Of a stretch of DNA of 64,000 bases, positions 42,211 through 51,814 are shown one piece after another. Location: NCBI RefSeq assembly GCF_006345805.1, contig NC_042998.1, positions 183,148,001-183,212,000 on the forward strand, given 5' to 3'. The position numbers were made by a program, and so were the translations under genes. Under the pieces are notes generated by a model. The model saw only the letters and a list, made by a program, of their open reading frames with translations. It was not told the DNA's origin and searched no databases. The stretch is from Octopus sinensis. Lineage: Eukaryota. Numbering within the stretch: position 1 is the first letter of the stretch; every line of letters starts with the position of its first letter.

Positions 42211-42322
42211 TGACTATTTGTCATAGTTTACAGTTTCCGATGACAGCTAGTTTCTGTTCTTGAATTTACTTCATTCATCAATTTATCAAAAGATCATTTT
42301 GAAAACAATAGAAGCTGCTGTG

Positions 42323-42326
<4 letters not shown>

Positions 42327-42394
<68 letters not shown>

Positions 42395-42407
42395 CTCTCT
42401 CTCTCTT

Positions 42408-42480
<73 letters not shown>
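42327..42480. repeat. (CT)n microsatellite (another at 43395-43462)
   Basis: Seen directly in the sequence. Confidence 0.95.
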
Positions 42481-42483
<3 letters not shown>

Positions 42484-43391
42484 TTATATATATATATATG
42501 TATAACTTTTTTGAAACAGTGGATCTCAAAGGACATAAAGCTATTAATAATATATATGGATATATATATATATATATATATATATTAATATATATATAGC
42601 AAAGCTCAATGGGTCTGTAATTAATGCTATTTGCAGAAACTATTATTAGATCTCTATGTTTACAATAGATTACTTCAACTATATAAAAAAATATCTGAAC
42701 TGTGCCTAAATTTTAGCTAAGGAGAAGCAACAAAAACAAAGAATCTCCCCTAAGAACAAAGTTTTCCCCATATTATAAACGTGTTACATCTTCCAAACAT
42801 TTTTTCAAGCATACAGTTAATGCTATTACTTTTAGGAAGATACGACTCCTTATAATAGTATTGCTCTGAAAGTCACTGAATTGTTTGAAACACCACAGAA
42901 CTTATGATTTCATCTTCATATCAAGATTCAAAAAAATATATACAAGAATAAATTCCCATCACTTTCTCCAGCTTTACAGAAAATTTGAACCCAGCACTGC
43001 AAACTGACAAACAGTCAGGAAATATAGAGTTTACAAGTTGTTAACATCTCTTTGAACTGATTCAGTTGATTTATCACTTCCAAAACTTAGAGCCAACATT
43101 GAAATATTGTTGAAACTTCTGGTAGATATTTTTTACATATTGGTTTGGGTTTCTAGAACAGTTATCCATTTGAGTCTAAGACATTTTTTTTTAATCATTG
43201 ATACTAGAGTATGCGACACTGAACTATTAGTGTTGATTGGCCATTCATATATAAATAAAAAATGGTAAAGAGAGTTTTATTCCCTCTTGATATCTATTAA
43301 TCTATGTGTAAGCTATCAGCTTTAAATACTTGACATTCAACCATATTTGACTTCCAATTAAATTGGCTATTTCTCTTATTCATCAAGATCA

Positions 43392-43466
<75 letters not shown>

Positions 43467-43709
43467 TTCATATCTCCCCAAAATTGCTTTTTTTCTTTTA
43501 CCTTTTATTTCTACCTTTAAGTATATGACATAAAAGAAACTAGAATCAAAATCTAAGCATAACAGAAGCAATGAATTTATTACCCTAACACATGCACACT
43601 TAGCATACACAACTAGATAGATAGATACATAGCTCGATGGATGGATAGACAGACAGACAAACAGACAGATTAACCTAGTATTGGGCAGCAACTATTTGTT
43701 TGCATTTAA

Positions 43710-43809
43710 NNNNNNNNNNNNNNNNNNNNNNNNNNNNNNNNNNNNNNNNNNNNNNNNNNNNNNNNNNNNNNNNNNNNNNNNNNNNNNNNNNNNNNNNNNN
43801 NNNNNNNNN
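43710..43809. other. Assembly gap (100 N)
   Basis: Run of N. Confidence 1.
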
Positions 43810-44176
43810 TTATTGGTGTATATGTATAGACTAGTCTTCTAAGATTGTAGACATGAATCTGTAGGTACGCGTACGTATGTGTATATACGTGTATGTATGT
43901 AGATGTATGTATGTATGAATACAACGCGTGCGTGCGTGTATGTGTATGAGTGTACGAATGAGTGAGTGTGCGTGCTAATGAGTGTGCGTGCGTGAGTGAG
44001 TGCTTGTGTTCAAGTAGAAAGATAAAAGGGACTAGCTGTCGTAGCCAAGATGCTTGTGACCAGCGGTCAAAGATAACAAAAGTAATAAATGAAGATAAAA
44101 AATTAAAATTAGGGAATGGGTTTGATTGTATGTATATGTGTGTATGTGTAGGTATGAATAGGTACACGTATGTATG

Positions 44177-44208
<32 letters not shown>

Positions 44209-44388
44209 TGTGTATATGTATAATGAGTATATAGGGACTTGTGTGTGTGTGTGCATGTGTGTATGTGGATATGTGTGTGTATGGTGTATATGTATGTGTG
44301 TGTATGTATATATTTTTTGTGTGTATGTATGTGTGGTCGTGTGTGGTATATATACATGTGTGTGTATATGTATATGCATGTATATGTG

Positions 44389-44430
<42 letters not shown>

Positions 44431-44455
44431 GATATATGTATGTATATGTATGTGT

Positions 44456-44490
<35 letters not shown>

Positions 44491-44507
44491 GATATATGTA
44501 TGTATAT

Positions 44508-44541
<34 letters not shown>

Positions 44542-44599
44542 GGGTGTGTGTGTATGTATGTGTGTATGTATATGTGTGTGTGTGGTGTAATATGTATAC

Positions 44600-44950
44600 A
44601 TTGTGATAGGTATAAGTGAGAATTTCCTTATTTACCTAAAACTCTATTCTTAATATATTTTTTTATTCTTTATTCTTCTATCTAATGTACCACTGACTCC
44701 TTGACCACTCCCCCAAGTATGATTTTTTTGCACTATGCCTACCCCCAAAAAGTCCCCCACCACCACCCCTTTAAACCTGCCTAAATGTATAAATGCCAAT
44801 ACAATTCTTGTTAACTAGCTTCCTGAAGATTTCTCTTGAATGAAACAGTTCTAGTCCTGTAGAAGCTCCTTCTATATAATAAATTAATTTTACTCTGCTA
44901 TGTATTGAGTACCTTATTTACTGTGGTTAACCCCGAATCAACCCGGGACC

Positions 44951-44955
<5 letters not shown>
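44600..44955 (+). mobile_element. pLTR-like repeat carrying a hammerhead motif; further partial copies at 52121-52286
   Basis: About 110 bp is near-identical in inverted orientation to 52121-52235; hammerhead followed by AATAAA and a (TA)n tract. Confidence 0.6.
44817..44867 (+). ncRNA. Type I hammerhead ribozyme motif (compact, U-U at the base of stem II)
   Basis: AGCTTC-CTGAAGA-TTTC tctt GAAT-GAAA-CAG ttctagtc CTG-TA-GAAGCT: 6-bp stem I, intact core, NUH = GUA. Confidence 0.6.
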
Positions 44956-44994
<39 letters not shown>

Positions 44995-45015
44995 TATATA
45001 TATATAGATATTATA

Positions 45016-45395
45016 CTAGCATATTGCCCAACGTTGCTCGGGTTTGTTTCAACCCTTTAGAATTGGAATTTTTGAAAAGTAAAAGTTTTGCATTATATAG
45101 CTTGTTATTCTCTTTAAGTGAACATTTTTCTGGTTGAAATACATCGAAAAATGGTGACACAGCAGTCAAAAAATAAGAATTTTCCTAGAAAAAAAGCACC
45201 TTTTTGATGTAAATATTTTTTGATGTTAACATGGTCCGATTTGAATTTTTTCTTCTACGAAAGGAAGAGCAAGCCTTCTTCTATCATACTCTCAATTTTG
45301 GTCAACTTGCACCGCAGGGTCTAAGAGGAGATAGTGTTAGTTGAAGGCTACTAAACCTGCCATACACAGACAACTTCAGCTTTATATATATATAT
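45016..45395 (-). mobile_element. Non-autonomous Helitron (second subfamily)
   Basis: Minus 3' end cccgagcaacgttggg-caatatg-CTAG|T; 5' end tatataaagctgaagttgt merges into (TA)n and resembles the 1361 element. Confidence 0.75.
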
Positions 45396-46076
45396 ATATA
45401 TACATATATATACACACACATATATGTATATCAATAATTTCATTCAATAGTAGAGCTCTGAGTATTAAAAATTGTTGAACTACCTCTTGGTCCCTATTTT
45501 TCCCATGTCTAGCCTGACCTAGAGTTGTAGCATATGTCAGGGTTCCAGCTATTGGTTAATTAGCATATTTTGGCTTGCCTATGTGTGCATATAAAGACTG
45601 GACCTGGTGGGTTCGACAAAAGAAACCTTTATGATTCAACAGAGGGGAAGACAGCTGCAGCAATGCATTGTGGAGTGTAGAGCACAAGACGAAGCAAGTA
45701 AGATATCTTGCTCATCCACTGCATCTGTCTCTGTCTCCACCACCTGACAAGATAGTCACAGATGAGAGAGTGAGGCTGGTGATGTGCAACTCTTCTTCAC
45801 CTTTCCAGGCATTCTGTCACCGCTAAGGGTGACTAGACGGCCCTCATCACTTCAACTGGTAAACATATATATATATATATATATATAACGAAATAATATA
45901 TAAAACATATGCATATATACATACATATATGTACATATCTACATCTAGGTATGTACATATATGTATGTATATAGGTGTATGTTTTATATATTATTTTGTT
46001 ATTATATGATCGAACACCACGCATCCACTTCCCAGTAAGTATATATATATATATAGATATATAGTAGACCCTCAAA

Positions 46077-46232
46077 ATGAATACTGCTGGAAAAATGGAG
46101 TTAATAAAGATGGACTCGTCACTGAAGGACATACTTATCCCACCTAAGGACACTTATATTAAAGAATTAATATTTAGGATAAATGAATTTATCCATAGAA
46201 TTCGTTGGAGTATCAGTTTAGTACATAAATAA
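46077..46232 (+). mobile_element. Penelope-like element ORF N-terminal fragment
   Basis: MNTAGKMELIKMDSSLKDILIPPKDTYIKELIFRINEFIHRIRWS resembles the recalled SLKNIPIP...Y...LI.K.E.FI.RMRW N-terminal motif of Penelope/Neptune-type ORFs; adjacent to hammerhead-bearing pLTRs. Confidence 0.6.
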
Positions 46233-46301
46233 ATAAGTTAACATAATTTAATGTCTAAAAGTTGATGAACCACCTATTGTTCTCCTCCATTTTCTTATTT
46301 G

Positions 46302-46351
<50 letters not shown>

Positions 46352-46410
46352 CATTATTGGTGAATGAAGAAATGGAGCTGAACGCAGATTGAACAGAAAC
46401 GTTTATTTCA

Positions 46411-46490
46411 TTCTACACGTGTTTCGAAAGGCACAAATTACCAAAATCCGATTGAATAATGGGACCATATCGTGTCTTTCTCTTCAGGAA
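46411..46490 (-). ncRNA. Type I hammerhead ribozyme motif in a Penelope-like pLTR
   Basis: Minus strand: TTC-CTGAAGA-GAAAGACAC...GTGCCTTTC-GAAA-CACGTG-TA-GAA; palindromic stem III; AATAAA follows. Confidence 0.8.
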
Positions 46491-46770
46491 AAAAAAGGAA
46501 ATCCGTTAGAGAACAAAAACAGAACAGAGGCGGAGCAAAAACCAATCGAACTATCTCCTAAGAGCCCATGGCGAAACTGCTGTGATTTTTGCTACTAAGG
46601 TATCGGTTAACTTTTGATTAATCTACAACAAGATTATTCATCTTTCTATTTCACATAATATATATATATATATATATATATAATAAAATAATAAAATATT
46701 AGGGAATAAATCCAAACTTACAGGGAAAAATCAGATTTAGGATTGAATCCAATTTTATAGTAAAATATTA

Positions 46771-47136
46771 TATTATATTAAATTAGAGATAAAACCACTA
46801 TTAAGCAAATCATACAATGAAAAACTTAAGCCAATACATAAGATTAATTAATTTATATTATTTTAAATATATATCAAAATTATTAAAAAAAGATAATTAG
46901 TATAACACTATGATTAAACCTCCCCAAGTTAAATATTTCAATCACCTGAAGAATGACTGTAACTTGAATTTTTACGAATTGGACAGCCATGAAACGATCG
47001 TAGTGTTATACTAATTATCTTTTTTTAATAATTTTGATATATATTTAAAATAATATAAATTAATTAAGCTTATGTATTGGCTTAAGTTTTTCATTGTATG
47101 ATTTGCCTAATAGTGGTTTTATCTCTAATTTAATAT

Positions 47137-47140
<4 letters not shown>
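46771..47140. repeat. 140-bp near-perfect inverted repeat (inverted partial pLTR pair)
   Basis: 46771-46910 is the reverse complement of 47001-47140 with few mismatches; the 90-bp spacer carries the hammerhead core. Confidence 0.9.
46943..47005 (+). ncRNA. Type I hammerhead ribozyme motif at the centre of a 140-bp inverted repeat
   Basis: CAC-CTGAAGA-ATGACTGT...ACAGCCAT-GAAA-CGATCG-TA-GTG; palindromic stem III. Confidence 0.8.
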
Positions 47141-47211
<71 letters not shown>

Positions 47212-47976
47212 CTAGTTGAAAAGCAGTTGTCAAAGCAAAAGCTCTAGGGCTATTGTTGCAGTGAATTAATGTTATCAAAAAAACATCAGTAAAGCTTCTT
47301 TGTAAACAATGTTGTTTGTTTTCCCTTGTGGAACACACATTTAGAGGTCATTTATTTGCTCTGATTCATGAGGCATCAATATATAATAGACACTAGGACA
47401 AGAAGAATTTTCCAGTTGTAATCCAACACCTTTTATGTTTGCTTTTGGAATTCATTGATGGATATGACAAAACTTATACTAATGGAGAAATGCAGACTTT
47501 TAAAATGGAAATAATTGGAACTGCCTGTCAATATTGTTGCTTGAATCACATATGAGGTCAAATATTTGACTACTAACTTTATGTTATTTCACAAACATGG
47601 GGAAATTCAAGTTCTTAAAAAGAAGAATTGAAATTTTTTTCAGTATGATTCTGTCATATTATACACCAGGTGGATTCAACCTTTTAAGAAAATCATTGGA
47701 TCGGTCAACAATTTTTTTGCCAAAAAACACTACAAATTTACACCCAATTTCATCACTGAGACTCTGTTAAATAACTTGTTTTTTGGTCATATTTATAGCC
47801 TGGATGGTTGGAGTAATTATTGCTCTTTCATAGTCACAATTGTGATAGTTGTGTTGAAAGTTAGGAAAGACTTTGGCTTTCAGCTTATCAACTGATGATG
47901 TATAGCTTGATTTTTGATCAAGTAGAACAACCCTTTCTCCAAGTTTCAAATGTCTTGTAGCAAAACCAGCTGAGAG

Positions 47977-48007
<31 letters not shown>

Positions 48008-48900
48008 AACAGGGAGGTGGGTTATTAACGTAAGATCTCTTGTTTCAGTTTATTAATATGCCTCCATAAATGTGATGACATCAAGCAACTTCTGGTTTAA
48101 TCAACTCTTTTTTCCCTTTTGAAATAAATGGAAGTGTCTAATACATGTCTTCTAATGTGACTAACTGCTACTCTACCAAAAGAACATTTGTTCCTCAAAT
48201 AAATCTTTGAGCCCAATACAATGCCTTGAAGACATTTTGAGACATAGTGCTCTTGTTCCAAATTCTCACACAACACTGTTTTAACACTTCTGCCATTTCT
48301 GTTATTTTGCTAATGTTACATCAATGGTGAGGTTTGATTTTATTATTTTTATTTATGCACCCTTTTCAAGCCTAGCCAGGCTCATAGGCCCGGTTTCTCT
48401 GGTTTCTATGACATATGTGTTCCCCCCAGCTGGATGGGACGCCAGTCCATTGCAGCATTACTCAAGAAACAGGAAGAAAGAGTGAGAGAAAGTTGAGGCG
48501 AAAGAGTACAACAGGGGTCGCTACCACCCCCTGCCAGAGCTTTGTGGAGCTTTAGGTGTTTTTGCTCAATAAACAGACACAGTGTCTGGTCTGGTAATCA
48601 AAACCGTGATCCTCCGACCACAAGTCCACTGCCCTAACCACTGGGCCATTGCACCTCCACGTGAAGTTTGATAGTAGCTTGAAGGCACTATAAGTTGTTT
48701 TGCCTCAAGGCAGTAAAGTTGTTCCAATACTTGAAGATAAAATAACCATTGTTATTTTCCCACCACTCATATATTTTCACCAAGTGAAAGCCCAAATTTT
48801 TTGTCCTATATAACATTTTTTATGATGTCTACATATCTCTGTAATATGCGGGGGGGTCACTAAGAAAATTGGATGCAAACAAATGGCTTATAAGAGCCAT
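47212..48900 (-). mobile_element. Decayed autonomous-type Helitron (PIF1-like helicase remnant), interrupted by a SINE
   Basis: Broken-frame matches to Helitron helicase motifs: SSIGTTLLP.G, KQCCVRIWNKSTM, ERAIITPT, FLKRLNPPG, FKSLHFSISISFVISINEFQKQT, KTNNIVYKE; CTAG|T 3' end at 47212. Confidence 0.7.
48345..48660 (-). mobile_element. Third tRNA-derived SINE family (related copies 27820-28075 plus, 58985-59310 plus, 62830-62985 minus)
   Basis: tggcccagtggttagg A-box head, B-box-like segment, shared gatggactggcgtcccatccagctgg body. Confidence 0.75.
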
Positions 48901-49851
48901 GCAAACTATATACAGATGTACGGTCGGCAAGGTATGGGTTACCAACAAGTTCAGTGAGGAATTCAACATACCAATAATTGTTCTTCACCACTTAGTTTTC
49001 AGCCTATTCTTGCATATTATAGTCCTTTAGTCAACAATAAAGAATCTCAAGACTGCATGTGTTTTATTGATAATCACCAATCAGTAACAAGTATGTTATT
49101 AATAACAATTGTGTTATTAAAAAACGGTTTTTGACTAAGAGGTTTTGGTCCCACAGTACAGCATCTTAGACAAATGTTTTCTACCATAGCTTTGAGCCAA
49201 CAATAGACTCAAGTCAACCATTGCTTTGGGTCAACCATAACCTCAAGTCAACCAGATTTTCAGGTCAACCAAAGCTTTGGATCAATCATAGCCTTTTAAG
49301 AAAAATTTGGCAGCTGTAAACTTTGTGAAAGTCTGTTGGAGAAACTTTTTCTGTTCTTAGATGGTAGTCTTAAATTGTCACCCTGTTTAACACTAGTCTT
49401 TGGGTGCATTTAGCAAAGCCCTGATCTAACAGCGAGGTCATTCATTCTTTGAAATGTCAGAGGCCCTAAAAAGGATGAGACATGTCATTGCTCCTCCAAC
49501 CCAGTATTAAAAGTAAACATTCTAAAAATGTTATTGAAAGAGTACCTTACATTAGAAACTGAACCAACTTTCTCTTCAAAGATACTCAAATGACTTACTA
49601 AGGGAAGATAAAATTTAAATTTATAATAATGGTTTCAAATTATTCCACAAAGGTAGCAATTTTGGGGGAGGAATGAGTCGATTAAATCAACCCCAGTGTT
49701 CAACTGGTACTTATTTTATCAACCCTGAAAGGATAAAAGGCAAAGTCGACCACGGCAGAATTTGAACTCAGAAAGGAGCGACAGGCAAAATACCACTAAG
49801 CATTTTGTCCAACATGCTAATGATTCTGCCAGCTCACTGCCTAAAGTTTAT

Positions 49852-49896
<45 letters not shown>

Positions 49897-50661
49897 CATA
49901 ATGCAAAATTTTGTGGGTTTTTCCTATCCAAACAGATAAGAAGCTAAAATATAACAGACCAGACATAACAATAAAAGACAAGGAAACATGAAGCTGCTTA
50001 CTAATTGATATATCATGCCCATTTGATTCTAAGATTGTAAAGAAAAAGAATGAATATATATATATATAGCGAGAAGTTGAGGTTATAAGAGATAGTGGTG
50101 TCATTGAGACCCAAAGGTCAGGTAATGCTGAATATGTGCTATAGACAGACCATAGTTAATTTCCAGATTTGGTAATATTGCGAATAAAGGGTTCAACGTT
50201 GGTTCTATGTTAGTGTGTGTATATATGAATTTTATGCATAATGAGATAAAAAAATGCTCTAATATCTATACAGCCTTGGTTTTTTATCTCATTATGCATA
50301 AAATTCATATATATATATATATCATCATGATCATAGTTTAATGTCCGCTTTCCATGCTAGAATGGGTTTGACGATTTTGACTGAGGGCTGGCAAACCAGA
50401 TGGCTGCTCCGGGCTCCAATTTTGATTTGGCAGAGTTTCTACAGCTGGATGCCCTTCCTAACACCTTTCCTATATATATATATATATATATACAAAATGA
50501 GAAAATGGAGAAACATACTTAAATCAATCAATCATCAACCATCAGATAATACCCAATCAATACTTTATTACACCATTACATAACAGCAATGACATTATAC
50601 ATAATATATTGCAAATATAACTAGACATGGAAATAGAAATATAAAATACAATTACATCATA

Positions 50662-50772
50662 TCTGACAGCTGTTTCGGCCGTGAAGACAAGTATGTCTCA
50701 TTTAACCTATTAGCCATATAAAGCAGGTATAAATGAGACATTAACAAGGATGTCTCACGGCCTCTTCAGAGA
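50662..50772 (-). ncRNA. Type I hammerhead ribozyme motif with an 86-nt extended stem II
   Basis: Minus strand: TCT-CTGAAGA-GGCCGTGA...TCACGGCC-GAAA-CAGCTG-TC-AGA; GUC cleavage triplet; 8-bp perfect stem II base plus a 12-bp inner stem. Confidence 0.82.
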
Positions 50773-50860
50773 ATTTAATATAAGTGTGAGGAAAGGTGTT
50801 AGGAAGGGCATCCAGCTGTAGAAACTCTGCCAAATCAAAATTGGAGCCTGGTGCAGCCAT

Positions 50861-51180
50861 ATATTATAATCCCTTAAAATTTGAAATTGCAATAATCTGG
50901 TGTATGAAAACTGTACAGATTGTGTCTGTAACAATCGGTGCATTGAAATCTGTAAATACGGATATAGACAGATGGTTGAAAGAGACTGGAATAGGGTATC
51001 CTGTAGAGCTTTTACAGAAAGTTTACCTCTTAGGAACAGGAAAGATTGTCAGGAGGGTCTTAAGCACTTAAAAGATTATTGAAAGCCTGTGGATACCTAA
51101 GGTTAAAGGTAGTAACCCATTACCCACATAAATTCTACCAGAAATAAGAATGAGCCTGAATCAAATCAATAATAATAATG
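50861..51180 (+). mobile_element. R4/Dong-like (RLE) non-LTR retrotransposon 3' fragment
   Basis: EIAIIWCMKTVQIVSVTIGAL...LQKVYLLGTGKIVRRVLS* matches the typical RLE-clade C-terminus; short (AAT)n tail near 51170. Confidence 0.7.
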
Positions 51181-51675
51181 TTCTTGAATAGGGCACTGTC
51201 AATATTTGAAATAATCAAACTCTGAATATTTGCAATTGCTATTACTACGTGTACAAGCCCATCTCATCCATATGTAAGGCCAGAAAAAAACAGATAAATG
51301 TTCAAGGTATGCAACCAATTGAGGCACTTGGTATTGAACTGATGTTTTCCTTCTTCCCTTTTTCTTTCTTTCTTCCCTCTTTTTCTTTTTTCTCTTCTTT
51401 CTTTCTTTCTTTGCTCATGTTTGTGCTTTCTTCAGTTTTGGATTTGCATTTTAATGTGGTTTTGTATTGTATATGTATAATATACATACATATTTAAATC
51501 CAATAAAATATATAATTGCTTCATTTATAATTAAATCATCATTTTACACGAAGAACAAGAGTATAAAAGCAGTTTCAGAATTAGGGTATAATTTTTAAAT
51601 GGTATTAACTAGTAAGATCTTCAGTACTTTTATCATTTTTAATTTTATTGTATTCTTAGCCAAATGAAAAAGACT

Positions 51676-51743
51676 AATGTGGGAGTAGTTAGGAATCTAA
51701 ATCGTAGGAGACAGACACACAACCTCTCTTTTATATATAAAGA
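51676..51743 (-). mobile_element. 5'-terminal fragment of the 1361-type Helitron
   Basis: A|TCTTTATATATAAAA...gatttagattcctaactactcccacatt matches 1361-1430. Confidence 0.7.
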
Positions 51744-51814
51744 TGAGGAAAATCTTGACATATCAATCAGCATTTTGTTGCTTCACGTTAAGTTGAGAGT
51801 TATCTACCCTTATC

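Noticed and set aside
42260-42536. Poly-ER / poly-SL ORFs
   Set aside because: Translations of a (CT)n microsatellite.
45805-45865. Minus-strand GTGATGA-GGGCC...GCC-TG-GAAA with an internal gtcacc/ggtgac hairpin
   Set aside because: C3 substituted, stem II poorly paired, no stem III or NUH.
46555-46586. Fifth hammerhead-like motif on the plus strand (CTAAGA-GCC cat GGC-GAAA-CTGCTG-TG)
   Set aside because: Core lacks G5, position 17 is G, stem III palindrome is broken and stem I does not pair; at most a dead relic.
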